DNA of 64,000 bases from Bacteroidales bacterium (GCA_014860575.1 JACZJK010000025.1:1692-65691); one strand, 5' to 3'. Positions 1-12,109 are shown, counted from the stretch's first letter. Made by a program: numbers and translations. Notes: generated from the sequence alone by a model not told the origin.

Positions 1-384
1 GGCTTGCTTTTCAGGAAATTGAAATGGGGTTTTATTCCGGCGTCGCTTCCGGGGGCGATCATCTTTGGAATGTCGCATCTTTACCAGGGTTCCGGCATCA
101 CTGAAACCCTTGGGATTTTCACTGTCACCTTTATCGGGGCTCTCTGGTTTGCCTGGTTATACATTGAATGGGATGATAATCTATGGGTTCCCATCTGGAT
201 GCATATCTTGATGAATCTTTCCTGGACAATTTTCGATGTAAGTAGCAATGCACTGGGCGGGTTTGAAGCCAATATTTTCAGGATTATAACTATTGCTCTC
301 TCGGTTCTGATTACAATTGCGTATTGCAGACGAAGAAAGCTTTTCAGGATCAATAAAAGCAATTTGCTTATTAACCCCCACTGA
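1..384 (+). CDS. CPBP (CAAX-protease-like) intramembrane metalloprotease, C-terminal part; the 5' end lies outside the window
   Basis: The frame is open to the window edge. The product is hydrophobic and multi-TM, with FGMSH (FxxxH) and HILMN (HxxxN) motifs typical of the CPBP family. Confidence 0.6.
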   Translation, partial: GLLFRKLKWGFIPASLPGAIIFGMSHLYQGSGITETLGIFTVTFIGALWFAWLYIEWDDNLWVPIWMHILMNLSWTIFDVSSNALGGFEANIFRIITIALSVLITIAYCRRRKLFRINKSNLLINPH

Positions 385-474
385 TCCTCCTATAATGTAA
401 TCAGTAACTTTCAGATTATCCTTGAATTACCATTTTGCCTTTTCATTACCGCAAGCCCGCTCGGGATTAAACAC

Positions 475-482
475 TAACTTTG
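475..482 (+). promoter_or_regulatory. Candidate Bacteroidota -7 promoter box TAACTTTG (TAnnTTTG)
   Basis: Exact TAnnTTTG match 33 nt upstream of the ATG at 515. Confidence 0.4.
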
Positions 483-514
483 CAACCTCAAAAAAATAAC
501 ACTCCAATTACCCG

Positions 515-1753
515 ATGATATCATTCGACCGTTTTCAACTTGATAATGGCCTTAAAGTTCTTGTGCATCATGATGCCACCACTCAAATGGTGGCAATGAA
601 TATACTTTACAATGTTGGCGCAAGGGATGAGATACCTGAAAAGACAGGTTTTGCTCACCTTTTCGAACACCTGATGTTTGGTGGTTCGGCAAACATACCG
701 CGCTACGATGAACCACTGGAAAGAGTGGGTGGCGAGAATAATGCATTCACTTCCAACGACGTCACCAGTTATTATATCACCATTCCGAAAACCAACCTTG
801 AAACTGCTTTCTGGCTGGAATCAGATCGTATGCTCAACCTCGCTTTCTCAAAAAAGAGCCTGGAAGTACAGCGCAATGTTGTGATGGAAGAATTCAGGCA
901 AACACATTTGAACCAACCTTTCGGTGATGCATGGCTGTTGCTTCGGCCACTGGCTTATACAGTGCACCCTTACCGCTGGTCAACAATTGGTGCGGATATC
1001 AATCATATTGCGCAGGCTACTATGGAAGATGTGAAAGATTTTTACCATCGCTTCTATAATCCCTGCAATGCCATTCTCACTGTGGCCGGTCCGGTTGAAA
1101 CTGCTGAGATCAGGGAACTTTGCGAAAAATGGTTTGCAGAAATCCCTGCTGGGCTGCCCAACAATCGTCGGTTGCCGTTAGAACCGGTTCAGACTGAAGC
1201 CCGCAACCTGCACGTTGAGCGTGACTTACCCTGCAATGCCATATACAAAACCTGGCATATTCCTCACCGCTTGTCACCCATGTATTATACTGCTGATCTT
1301 ACTTCCGATGTTTTATCAGCCGGTGAATCCTCGCGACTTTACGTTGAGCTTGTTAAAAAACAACAACTCTTCAGCGATATAAATGCTTACATAACCGGCA
1401 GCCTCGATCCGGGCTTGTTTGTAATTTCAGGAAAGATCATGAATGGAACCGATCCAGTTGCCGCTGAAAATGCAATCAGCAAAATTATTGTAGAATTGCA
1501 GGAACAACCCTTGAATGAACGTGAATTGCAAAAAGTTAAGAACCGAATTGAATCCATGCTTGTATTCGCGGAATTGAAAGTGCTTGAAAAAGCACTCAAT
1601 CTTTCGATGTATGAATTGCTGGGCGATGCCGGACTTATAAACAATGAAATTGATAAATACAACGCGGTGGATGCAGCGGCAATTATGCGGTTCGCACAGG
1701 AAATGCTTGTTGAAAATAACTGCTCTACCTTGTTTTACCACATGAAAAGTTGA
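515..1753 (+). CDS. M16 (pitrilysin/insulinase) family zinc peptidase, catalytic subunit
   Basis: 412 aa with the inverted zinc motif HLFEH (HxxEH) near the N-terminus and M16-like length and organisation. Confidence 0.9.
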   Translation: MISFDRFQLDNGLKVLVHHDATTQMVAMNILYNVGARDEIPEKTGFAHLFEHLMFGGSANIPRYDEPLERVGGENNAFTSNDVTSYYITIPKTNLETAFWLESDRMLNLAFSKKSLEVQRNVVMEEFRQTHLNQPFGDAWLLLRPLAYTVHPYRWSTIGADINHIAQATMEDVKDFYHRFYNPCNAILTVAGPVETAEIRELCEKWFAEIPAGLPNNRRLPLEPVQTEARNLHVERDLPCNAIYKTWHIPHRLSPMYYTADLTSDVLSAGESSRLYVELVKKQQLFSDINAYITGSLDPGLFVISGKIMNGTDPVAAENAISKIIVELQEQPLNERELQKVKNRIESMLVFAELKVLEKALNLSMYELLGDAGLINNEIDKYNAVDAAAIMRFAQEMLVENNCSTLFYHMKS

Positions 1754-1759
1754 TTTGAA

Positions 1760-3052
1760 ATGCCAATAATAAACCGAAAAAAGGCGCCGGCTGTGAAGTT
1801 GGTGGAATTCCTCAAAAGCATTGAACCCCGTTATATTCAGCTAAGCAATGGCTTACTGGTGTATCTGATTGACGAAGGCATACAGGAAGTGCTGCGCATT
1901 GAATTGGTTTTCAAGGCCGGGAATTTTTACCAAAAACAAAAACAGGTAGCCAAAGCCACTAATACCTTGCTGGCTTCCGGCACTTCAAAGCATTCAGCCG
2001 AAGTTATCTCCGAGCATTTTGATTTTTATGGCGCCTATCTTGAAACCAGCAACAACAAAGACAATGCCCACCTGGGTTTATACACTCTTAACAAGCACCT
2101 CGATAACACCTTGCCGCTGTTGGCTGAGCTGATTATGGATCCGGTTTTTCCTGAACACGAACTTGATTTGTTTCGTTCAACCCGCAAACAACATCTGGAG
2201 GTGAACCAACAGAAAGTGAAATACCTGGCAAGGGTGCATTTCCATGAACAGGTTTTCGGTTCGAACCATCCTTACGGGATGCGACTGCAAGCCCAGCATC
2301 TGGATGATTTAAAGAGAGAAAGCCTTATTGAGCACCACCGCAATCATTACAGGGCCGAGGAGTGTTTCGTTGTTGTAAGCGGGAAAATTCCAGCAGGATT
2401 TGATCAATTACTAGATAAATATCTCGGTAATTTTAAGAGTAATGGCAATCAAACCCCAAATGGAATTGTGATTCCTGTTTCGCCATCTGATGATAAATCG
2501 CAATTCGTACAGAAAAAAGATGCGCTACAGGCAGCTATCCGCATCGGCAAGCCCACCATTAACCGCCTTCATCCCGATTACCCGGCGCTTTTTATTGTGA
2601 ACACAATATTGGGTGGATATTTTGGTTCGAGGCTGATGATCAATATCAGAGAAGACAAAGGCTATACCTACGGCATTGGTTCTGCCCTGGTTTCGTTGAA
2701 GCATAGCGGGTTATTTGTAATTACCAGCGAAGTAGGAAGTGATGTGCTTAAAGCCGCCACCGACGAAATTTTTAAGGAGGTTCGTACTCTTTGCGATGAA
2801 AAGGTAAGCCCCAAAGAATTATCGCTCGTAAAAAACTATCTCATGGGTTCGCTGATGCGCAGCATGGACGGGCCATTTGCCATTGCTGAACGCCTGCGAT
2901 CGGCACTGGAGTTTGGGCAAACGATGGATTATTACAAAGATTACGCTGCCACCATCCAAAACATCACCCCTGAACGTATTCAGGCGCTGGCCAACGAATA
3001 TCTGCAACCTGATACTTTTTATCAAACAGTTGCAGGCAATAAAGGAAATTAG
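1760..3052 (+). CDS. M16 family peptidase-like protein, non-catalytic partner (no HxxEH)
   Basis: 430 aa, starting 7 nt after the preceding M16 gene. M16 C-terminal-like sequence (GSRLMINIREDKGYTYG) but no zinc motif. Confidence 0.85.
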   Translation: MPIINRKKAPAVKLVEFLKSIEPRYIQLSNGLLVYLIDEGIQEVLRIELVFKAGNFYQKQKQVAKATNTLLASGTSKHSAEVISEHFDFYGAYLETSNNKDNAHLGLYTLNKHLDNTLPLLAELIMDPVFPEHELDLFRSTRKQHLEVNQQKVKYLARVHFHEQVFGSNHPYGMRLQAQHLDDLKRESLIEHHRNHYRAEECFVVVSGKIPAGFDQLLDKYLGNFKSNGNQTPNGIVIPVSPSDDKSQFVQKKDALQAAIRIGKPTINRLHPDYPALFIVNTILGGYFGSRLMINIREDKGYTYGIGSALVSLKHSGLFVITSEVGSDVLKAATDEIFKEVRTLCDEKVSPKELSLVKNYLMGSLMRSMDGPFAIAERLRSALEFGQTMDYYKDYAATIQNITPERIQALANEYLQPDTFYQTVAGNKGN

Positions 3053-3142
3053 TTGATTGGTGAATTAGTTAATTGGTAGAGTGATGGAGTAATGGAGTGA
3101 TGGGTTGGTGAAATGGTCATTTGGTAAAATGGTGGATTGAAG
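3053..3142. repeat. Degenerate tandem octamer array (GTGATGGA GTAATGGA GTGATGGG TTGGTGAA ATGGTCAT TTGGTAAA ATGGTGGA)
   Basis: Period-8 reiteration read directly in the spacer between convergent genes. It shares the exact 15-mer ATGGAGTAATGGAGT (3084-3098) with the reverse complement of 44892-44906. Confidence 0.75.
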
Positions 3143-3147
3143 AAACC

Positions 3148-3939
3148 CTATTGCCACTTCAAGCTTCCACTCACTCTTCTTTTTGCCCGGTAAGATTCGA
3201 AACAGCGTAAAATAGCAATGCAAAGGTCATAATCGGTGGCGTTGAGAATAAAATCTACCGGAGGTTGGCAATATTGCATAAATTCCTCACGATCCTCCTG
3301 AACTTCAATTCCTGTTAACCTGTAGATCAGGTCGTGGTTATAAACTTTTTCTATTTCTTCCTGCAATTGCAGGGCGCTAAGTTCTTTCTCCAGCTTTTTC
3401 ATTTGTTTGGCTTCCTTGCTAAACAAATCATAAAAGGTTTGAAACGGGCCTTTCATAACAACGCCAAAACCATGTTCAGGCCCGCTGTAAACCATCGTAT
3501 TTATATGAGGCATCTTCAACTTCACTGAATCTGGTGGTGGTGGCAAGTCAATATTTACAAATTCCTGCCGGAACTCCAGGCGTGTGCGGGGCAAGGATCG
3601 GATTACTACTTCGCGGAGTTCGAAAACCTTGGGCAACATAATCAGCTCATAAGGTCCTTCAGCATTAATGTGCTCCTGTTCAATCATCACAAAACGAACA
3701 AGGTGGCTTACATGCGTGATCATGAGGCTATCACCAAGTCTGACGGGCATAACAAACCTGCCACTGCGGTCGCTTACAACCCCAAAGCGTTGTGTAAGAT
3801 TTATGATATGGGCGTATTCGAGGTTGCTGTGGTAAATATCAACGATCCTGCCTTCGAAATGGGTAAATTTGGCCGGTTCCTCTTCCGCTGAAAGCGCTAA
3901 GGTTATGAACACAGATATAAGAAAGAAGACAAATTTCAT
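3148..3939 (-). CDS. Secreted hypothetical protein with an N-terminal CarboxypepD_reg-like beta-sandwich
   Basis: 263 aa with signal peptide MKFVFFLISVFITLALSA. The GRIVD...SGRFVMPVRLGDSLMITHV pattern resembles carboxypeptidase regulatory-like domains. The rest is unassigned. Confidence 0.45.
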   Translation of the reverse strand: MKFVFFLISVFITLALSAEEEPAKFTHFEGRIVDIYHSNLEYAHIINLTQRFGVVSDRSGRFVMPVRLGDSLMITHVSHLVRFVMIEQEHINAEGPYELIMLPKVFELREVVIRSLPRTRLEFRQEFVNIDLPPPPDSVKLKMPHINTMVYSGPEHGFGVVMKGPFQTFYDLFSKEAKQMKKLEKELSALQLQEEIEKVYNHDLIYRLTGIEVQEDREEFMQYCQPPVDFILNATDYDLCIAILRCFESYRAKRRVSGSLKWQ

Positions 3940-4070
3940 CTCATGGTTTAGAAACCACGAAAGTACTCAGATTGAAGCAAACAGAGAATCCGGGGGTGTT
4001 AAATAGTGTTAAGAGCATTTTATCAATCCTGCCTGAACGGGAAATTTCTTATGAAATCAAGCACCTGAGT

Positions 4071-4511
4071 TTAATAGTCCAATGTGATGATCCTGCCTTT
4101 CGTAAAATCAAAGAACCTGTCTTTTTCAGCTACTCTGACTCCTTCAATCAAGTCTTCGGGCACTATTCCTGCTGTCTTCATGCAACTCGGGCAAGCATAA
4201 ATTCCAACATTCATTTCTATTAATTTCTGAAGGCTGCTTTTCAGGGAAGTGAAGTGTCCGTAATCAATATCTGCTGCATCTTTTACAACCAGTTTAACGG
4301 CGTCAATATCCATATAGATTAGCACGTCCTTGTCGCCGGCCATCATAGTGGCCATGCTCAATGGCATAAGCACACGATGCGGACTATTGTGATCGTGTGT
4401 GATATGGATAAAAACACCATCTCGGGATTTTTCCAATTCTTCTTTAACAGGTGGTTGACAGCTTGCTAAAAGCAATGAAAGGATAATCAAAACAAAGCCA
4501 TGGTTTTTCAT
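4071..4511 (-). CDS. DsrE/DsrF-like family protein with a lipoprotein signal peptide
   Basis: The ORF is trimmed to the ATG at 4511 (MKNHGFVLIILSLLLASC lipobox). About 120 aa of alpha/beta-like core with a CPSC motif near the C-terminus. Confidence 0.5.
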   Translation of the reverse strand: MKNHGFVLIILSLLLASCQPPVKEELEKSRDGVFIHITHDHNSPHRVLMPLSMATMMAGDKDVLIYMDIDAVKLVVKDAADIDYGHFTSLKSSLQKLIEMNVGIYACPSCMKTAGIVPEDLIEGVRVAEKDRFFDFTKGRIITLDY

Positions 4512-4792
4512 AAATTGTTGTTTTTGTGTTAATAATGATAAAATAGGAGGGGATTTTGATAATTTGATAAAGTTAAAAAGATTCTTGCATAGACAATTAA
4601 CTTTTCCTTTGTATTTTTTCACAAACTGTTTTGTCACGAAGCTTCACTCCAGCTCTATGAGGATCACAATAAAAGGGAGAAACCTGCATTCGCTTAGCAT
4701 CTCGCTGCTGTGGATAAGGCTGTTCTTGTGTGCAAAATATTGTCTGGCATTCTCTATTTTGGTTCTCACATAAAGAACATGCAAGCTTTTAC

Positions 4793-4800
4793 TATCTTTG
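4793..4800 (+). promoter_or_regulatory. Candidate -7 promoter box TATCTTTG
   Basis: TAnnTTTG match 24 nt upstream of the ATG at 4824. This supports the shorter start for the T9SS type-B protein. Confidence 0.4.
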
Positions 4801-4823
4801 TCCTCATATTAATCAGAACACTT

Positions 4824-6029
4824 ATGATCAGGCTACTTCACCTGATATTGTTTTTTATAGTCTTAGCCAAACTCAATGGCCAGCCACCGGAGTTTTCAAT
4901 CATTGGTCCGGGTGGCGCCATCAGTGAGGTTAGCATTATTGCCGGCACTTCTTTGCTACTAAGCACAAACTATGATGAAATTAGGGGTGCCAATGTTTTG
5001 TTCCCGGACAACCACCGGACCAGCAGCGACGTACCTTATGAAATAGGTTTTCCATTTGTATTTTATGAAGCAGTCTATACCGAGTATTTCATTGGCGCCA
5101 ATGGTTATATCACTTTCGAAAACCCTCCCTGGAACCCTGCTCCTACCTTAGATACCATTCCCTATAATACATCAAACCCGGAGTTCCCCAGAAACAGCAT
5201 ATTTGGGACTTTTAAGGGTTGGGATGTGGTAGGGGGCAATAATGTTACCCGATTAACTCTTGGCGAAGAACCCAACCGTATGCTGATAGTTACCTGGTGC
5301 GATGTGCCCGCCCTGCAATCAGATTCCACAGGCACCTTTCAAATCGTTTTGCACGAATCAGGAGAGATTGATATACATCTTATCAAAATTCCGTTTTCAA
5401 ACTACGCTGGCAATTATTCTACAGTTGGCATACAAGCTTCTAATCCGTTTCAGGGTTTGGTTGCGCCTCAAAGAATTTATGGCCCCTGGCCCCCAGTTTC
5501 ATCTGAAAGTTGGAGATTCACTTGGTTGAACAGCGATTATGAAGTGGAAAGCATATATCATGAACCAGTACCGGTTGCAGAAAACATTACCTGGTACAAA
5601 CCGGATACCTTCGATACCTGGGTTCCGATCAGTGATGAAAAAGAAGTTGTGATAAAACCAAAAACAAACACAACCTACCTTGCTGAAATTACTTCCTGCT
5701 GGGGCGAAGTAATTGCTACGGCTGAATTATTTGTTGAGGTTGAAGGCTCTTTTCCCAACGCTTTCAGCCCAAATTCATTAATCGAAAAAAACAGGACTTT
5801 CAAAATGCCTGTCACTTCGGGGGTAAATATCACTGACTTCAGACTTGAAATTTATAACCGATGGGGACAATTGGTTTTTGAAACCAATGATCCAACCCAG
5901 GGATGGAATGGCCGCATGATGAATACAGGAGAGGCCTGCCTGGCCGGTTTATATCATTGGATCTTAGTTTCAGCCAGCGAGAGCAAAGGTACTATCGGGA
6001 ATAGCGGAGCTCTTATGCTGCTGAGGTAA
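4824..6029 (+). CDS. Secreted protein with a T9SS type-B (gliding-motility-associated) C-terminal sorting domain
   Basis: Signal peptide MIRLLHLILFFIVLAKLNG/Q. The C-terminus FPNAFSPN...LEIYNRWGQLVFE...GWNG...GLYHWIL...LMLLR matches the type-B CTD pattern. The N-terminal ~300 aa are unassigned. The start is chosen at the internal ATG. Confidence 0.7.
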   Translation: MIRLLHLILFFIVLAKLNGQPPEFSIIGPGGAISEVSIIAGTSLLLSTNYDEIRGANVLFPDNHRTSSDVPYEIGFPFVFYEAVYTEYFIGANGYITFENPPWNPAPTLDTIPYNTSNPEFPRNSIFGTFKGWDVVGGNNVTRLTLGEEPNRMLIVTWCDVPALQSDSTGTFQIVLHESGEIDIHLIKIPFSNYAGNYSTVGIQASNPFQGLVAPQRIYGPWPPVSSESWRFTWLNSDYEVESIYHEPVPVAENITWYKPDTFDTWVPISDEKEVVIKPKTNTTYLAEITSCWGEVIATAELFVEVEGSFPNAFSPNSLIEKNRTFKMPVTSGVNITDFRLEIYNRWGQLVFETNDPTQGWNGRMMNTGEACLAGLYHWILVSASESKGTIGNSGALMLLR

Positions 6030-6164
6030 GCTACAGCTTAGTATTTATTTACCAGTCCCTTTCTCAACAGATTTCTTACAACGACCTTTACCACTGAAAG
6101 GGTTTACGCTCGCAACTCAGTATTGCTTTAACAATTTTTTAGAGTTGCTCTTATCTATTTTTAA

Positions 6165-6172
6165 TACCTTTG
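6165..6172 (+). promoter_or_regulatory. Candidate -7 promoter box TACCTTTG upstream of guaB
   Basis: TAnnTTTG match 79 nt upstream of the guaB ATG. Confidence 0.3.
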
Positions 6173-6232
6173 CCCCTCATCCTGAAAAAGGACGAACAAG
6201 TTATCCTGGTTCGCACCAGTGATCGGCTTTAA

Positions 6233-7723
<1,491 letters not shown>

Positions 7724-7817
7724 TCGTTTATACGTTTTGATAAATTCACAATCAGTTTCCTGTTTTTTAAAACCTTATTAGCCGAAACCAATCACGCTGA
7801 ATCAAAAACCTTATCCA

Positions 7818-9833
7818 ATGACAAAATCAAACATGATTTTCAATGCAGTAAAACTTAGCAAACTATTGCCTTTGCTTGTTACATTCCTGATCGTCTTCAG
7901 CTCTGTTCACGGACAAGACAACAGTAAAAAAATACTTGCTGAAATAGGAAATGAAAAGATCACGGTAGAAGAATTTCTTCAGATTTACCGCAAAAACAAC
8001 ACCCAGGTTGCTGATCTTGACCCCAAGTCGCTGGAAGAGTACCTCGAACTGTACATCAATTTCCGCTTAAAAGTGCTGGAAGCCGAAGAGAATGGACTCC
8101 ATAACGAACAATCTTTTAAGGACGAATTGCAGGGATACCGTGCACAACTTGCCAAACCATACCTGGTTGATGAGGAAGCAACGGAAAGCCTGGTGAAAGA
8201 AAGCTACGAAAGATCGCTCGAGGATCTCAGGGCCAGTCATATACTTATCAGGATGGAAAAAACAGCTTCGCCTAGGGATACATTATTGGCCTATAATAGG
8301 ATCATGGGCTTAAGGGAAAGAATCATGAATGGAGAAGATTTCTCAAAAATAGCATTTGAGTTCTCTGAAGACCAATCAGCCCGCGACCGCGATGCCGGTG
8401 GAAGGTTGGTTCGCGGAAACAAAGGCGACCTCGGTTATTTCACAGCTTTTGATATGGTGTATGCTTTTGAAGCTGCTGCCTATGAATTGAAAAAAGGAGA
8501 GGTTTCATTACCCATTAGAACCGATTTCGGTTACCACCTCATTAAGCTCACTGATCGCAAACCTGCTATGGGCAAGGTATTGGCTGCGCATATTCTGTTG
8601 CTCTATCCTCCCGATGCAAAAAAGCAGGATTCCGTTGCGCTGGAAGAAAAAATCAACATGGTGTATGAAAAACTCCAAGCCGGCGAAACTTTTGAATCTC
8701 TCGCCCTAGCTCACAGCGACGACCGCTCTACTGCAGACAAGGGTGGTGAGTTGCAGTGGTTTGGATCGAACCGTATGATCCCTGACTTCATTTACCAGAT
8801 TTCATTATTGAAAGAATTTGGCAGCTATTCCGCCCCGTTCCAAACGCATTTTGGATGGCATATCATTAAATTGCTCGATCAGCAAAAACCCGGAAGTTTT
8901 GAGGATTCATATACCGAACTCAAAGACAAGGTTCAAAAGAATGAACGCTCGGTAGTAATCAAACAATCGCTTGTGAAGCGCATTAAAAAAGATTACGGCT
9001 TCAAAGAATCATCCAAAGCATTGGAGGTATTTTACACCGCTGTTACTGATTCTATTTTTGAAGGAACCTGGAAAATCCCATCCAAGCCTAAGTTAAACAG
9101 CGAACTTTTCAGCCTTGGAAATAAAAAATACACACAGATGGATTTTGCGAAATATCTCGCGGAAACCCAGCGTAAAACCACTCGTGAAGACATTCGTTTT
9201 TATGTGAACGCAAACTACGACAAATTTGTTGAAGAGGTACTGATGGATTATGAAGACGCACAGCTTGAGAACAAATATCCAGAGTTCAAGGCGCTGGTGC
9301 GCGAGTACCGGGATGGTATTTTGTTGTTCGAACTCACCGATAAAAAGATCTGGTCAATGGCGGTAAAAGATACTGCCGGACTAATGGCATACCATGCTGG
9401 TGTAGAACATAATTACATGTGGGGCGAGCGGGCAGATGCTTCCATATTTACATTTACTGATGCCGATGCTTCAATGATAGAAAAAGCAATGCAGCTTGCT
9501 GCTGATGAGGTTCCAAACGACACAATACTTGAGGCAATTAATAATGAGCAGGAAGTGTTGAAAATAACCCGCAAGCTTTATCAAAAAGGCGACAGCGAAC
9601 TCATTGATTCAGTGTATTGGACTTATGGACCTAAGGACCCTGTTGAACAAGACGGTAAAACCCTGATGGTAGTAATACATAACACTCTTGAACCCGGCAC
9701 GAAACAACTTAACGAAGTTCGTGGGCTTGTTACTGCCGATTATCAAAATCATCTTGAAAAGGAATGGATCAAAGAGCTGAGGGCAAAATACCCGATAAAG
9801 GTCAATTATGATTTATTGTCGCAAATCAAGTAA
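7818..9833 (+). CDS. Periplasmic peptidyl-prolyl cis-trans isomerase (parvulin/PpiC type, SurA/PpiD-like)
   Basis: 671 aa with a signal peptide ending VHG/Q. Two parvulin-like segments (ASHILI...GDLGYF...GYHLIKL and AAHILL...GGELQWF...GWHIIKL). Confidence 0.85.
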   Translation: MTKSNMIFNAVKLSKLLPLLVTFLIVFSSVHGQDNSKKILAEIGNEKITVEEFLQIYRKNNTQVADLDPKSLEEYLELYINFRLKVLEAEENGLHNEQSFKDELQGYRAQLAKPYLVDEEATESLVKESYERSLEDLRASHILIRMEKTASPRDTLLAYNRIMGLRERIMNGEDFSKIAFEFSEDQSARDRDAGGRLVRGNKGDLGYFTAFDMVYAFEAAAYELKKGEVSLPIRTDFGYHLIKLTDRKPAMGKVLAAHILLLYPPDAKKQDSVALEEKINMVYEKLQAGETFESLALAHSDDRSTADKGGELQWFGSNRMIPDFIYQISLLKEFGSYSAPFQTHFGWHIIKLLDQQKPGSFEDSYTELKDKVQKNERSVVIKQSLVKRIKKDYGFKESSKALEVFYTAVTDSIFEGTWKIPSKPKLNSELFSLGNKKYTQMDFAKYLAETQRKTTREDIRFYVNANYDKFVEEVLMDYEDAQLENKYPEFKALVREYRDGILLFELTDKKIWSMAVKDTAGLMAYHAGVEHNYMWGERADASIFTFTDADASMIEKAMQLAADEVPNDTILEAINNEQEVLKITRKLYQKGDSELIDSVYWTYGPKDPVEQDGKTLMVVIHNTLEPGTKQLNEVRGLVTADYQNHLEKEWIKELRAKYPIKVNYDLLSQIK

Positions 9834-9847
9834 AATAAGGCTTTTCA

Positions 9848-10723
9848 ATGATAAAACACCTGCTGCCATTGCTTCTGGCAGCGCTTGTAGTAAGCGGATG
9901 TAATCTTATACCCTGGGCTAAGAAAAATGATGATGTACTGGCAAGGGTTCACAGCAAATACCTCTATGCATCAGAAATTCAAAGCTTAATTTCACCAGGA
10001 ACTTCAGCTATTGATAGCATCAATATTGTTTCAAATTATATCAATAACTGGGTTAAGGTGCAATTGTTTTTGCACCATGCAGAGAAAAACCTGTCGCAAA
10101 GCCAGAAAGATTTCAGTAAGCAGCTCGAAGATTACCGCAACAGCCTCATCATTTATGAGTACGAATCTAGTTTGATAGGGCAAAAGCTTGATACTGTGAT
10201 TTCGAAGAGAGAAATAAAGGAATATTACGATAATAACCGGACTAACTTTGAACTCAAAGAAAACATAGTAAAAGTAAACTTCATCCAGGTAGAAAGTAAC
10301 TCGAAAGAACTGGCGAAACTCCGGCGACTATGGCAGGCAGGGCCTGAAAAGAACCGCAATGAACTTGAGAAATACTGTTTGCAAAATGGATTGAACTATT
10401 CCTTGTCCGGAGACGAATGGGTATATTTTAATGACCTGCTTAAAGAAATACCAATCAGAACCTATAACCAGGAAAACTTTCTGCAGTTTAACCGATCCAT
10501 TGAAGCCAGCGATTCACTTTATGTTTATCTTGTTGAATTCAAGGATTTTCAAATAAAAGAAAGTGTTGCACCGTTAAGTATGCAGGAAAATAATATCAGG
10601 AAGATAATTGTGAACCGCCGCAAACTGGATCTTATTCAGAAACTGCAAAATGAAATCTTTGAAAACGCCCTGATCAACAACCATTTTGATATTTACCAAA
10701 ACCAAGCAAAACAGCTTAAATGA
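9848..10723 (+). CDS. Hypothetical lipoprotein in the PPIase/chaperone cluster
   Basis: 291 aa with lipobox LVVSGC. Its stop overlaps the next gene's start (ATGA). No catalytic motif recognised. Confidence 0.55.
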   Translation: MIKHLLPLLLAALVVSGCNLIPWAKKNDDVLARVHSKYLYASEIQSLISPGTSAIDSINIVSNYINNWVKVQLFLHHAEKNLSQSQKDFSKQLEDYRNSLIIYEYESSLIGQKLDTVISKREIKEYYDNNRTNFELKENIVKVNFIQVESNSKELAKLRRLWQAGPEKNRNELEKYCLQNGLNYSLSGDEWVYFNDLLKEIPIRTYNQENFLQFNRSIEASDSLYVYLVEFKDFQIKESVAPLSMQENNIRKIIVNRRKLDLIQKLQNEIFENALINNHFDIYQNQAKQLK

Positions 10724-12060
10724 AACATTTAATTGCCTTAATCCTCAGCTTGTCACTATTCGCAACCCAACTAACTGCACAACAGGGTGAAGTTCTCATT
10801 GATGAAGTAATCGCGGTTGTCGGCAACCGAATTATACTTGAGTCAGACCTTGAAACCCAGGTACTACAATACAAAGCCGAGGGAATCACCATCGGGGTAC
10901 AAACCTTGAAATGTCAGATTCTTGAAGATCTCATGATTCAGAAATTACTTGTGAACCAGGCCGAAGTTGACAGCGTTGAGGTTACCGATAGCCAGGTTGA
11001 ATCTGCACTTGACCAGCGCGTCAGGTATTTTATTTCGCAATTTGGATCACAGGAAAAAATGGAGACTTTCTATGGCAAATCAGTCATGGAGATTAAAAGT
11101 GAGTTTCGCGATATCATTAAGGAACAATTGATGGCCGAGGCGGTACAGCAAGGCATAATTGAAAACGTAGTAGTTACACCTTCAGAGGTTCGGGCTTTTT
11201 TTGTTGGTATTCATGCCGATAGTATTCCGCTGATCCCTGCAGAATTTGAAGTAGGCCAGATTGTTAAAAAACCACCGGTGAGCACCGAGGAACTCAATGC
11301 CGTTCGCGAACGTTTGAGAGGATACCGTACGCGGATTATTGCCGGCGAGCGCTTTGAAACTTTCGCGGCTTTATATTCTGAAGATCCCGGTTCGGCTTCC
11401 CGTGGAGGTGAATTGGGTTTTTACAGGCGTGGAGAATTATTTCCTGAGTTTGAAGCTGTTGCATTCCGGCTCGAAAAAGGCGAAGTTTCTGATGTAGTAA
11501 AAACCAAAGCCGGTTTTCATATCATACAAATGATTGAGCGCCGCGGCGAAACTGTGAATGTGCGCCATATGTTGCTGCGACCCAAGCCATCACCCATTGA
11601 ACTTGAACAAGCCCGAACCTTCCTCGATAGCCTCGCGCTCGAAATCAGGGCTGGAAATCTGAGTTTTGAAGATGCGCTGAAACACTCTGACGATCCAGGC
11701 AAAATGCATGGTGGCCTGATGATAAGCCCCTACTCAGGCACTCCACGCCATGAAGCAGAACATCTTGACCCTGCTGTTTTCTTTGTGGTTGATAAAATGA
11801 AATTGGGTGAAGTTTCAAATGCTGTTCCATTTCTTGATGAAGAAGGATACAGCGCTTTCCGTTTGCTTTATCTGAAAGTGCGAACCGATCCGCACCGCTC
11901 CAATTTAACCGATGACTACGATCGCATAAAAAATTGGGCCCTTGAAAACAAACAACGGGCGGCAATCGTTGATTGGGTCAGGGAAAAGAATAAAATAACT
12001 TACATAAACATTGTTGAGCGCTACCGTGAATGCGAATTTAATACTGGTTGGATCAATTAA
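10720..12060 (+). CDS. SurA-like periplasmic chaperone / parvulin-type PPIase
   Basis: 446 aa with a signal peptide ending LTA/Q. SurA_N-like region followed by parvulin segments (GGELGFY...GFHIIQM). Confidence 0.85.
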   Translation: MKHLIALILSLSLFATQLTAQQGEVLIDEVIAVVGNRIILESDLETQVLQYKAEGITIGVQTLKCQILEDLMIQKLLVNQAEVDSVEVTDSQVESALDQRVRYFISQFGSQEKMETFYGKSVMEIKSEFRDIIKEQLMAEAVQQGIIENVVVTPSEVRAFFVGIHADSIPLIPAEFEVGQIVKKPPVSTEELNAVRERLRGYRTRIIAGERFETFAALYSEDPGSASRGGELGFYRRGELFPEFEAVAFRLEKGEVSDVVKTKAGFHIIQMIERRGETVNVRHMLLRPKPSPIELEQARTFLDSLALEIRAGNLSFEDALKHSDDPGKMHGGLMISPYSGTPRHEAEHLDPAVFFVVDKMKLGEVSNAVPFLDEEGYSAFRLLYLKVRTDPHRSNLTDDYDRIKNWALENKQRAAIVDWVREKNKITYINIVERYRECEFNTGWIN

Positions 12061-12109
12061 TTGATCTTTCAGCAACCCTATTGTCCGCCCAACTAAATCA
12101 GCTATAAAA

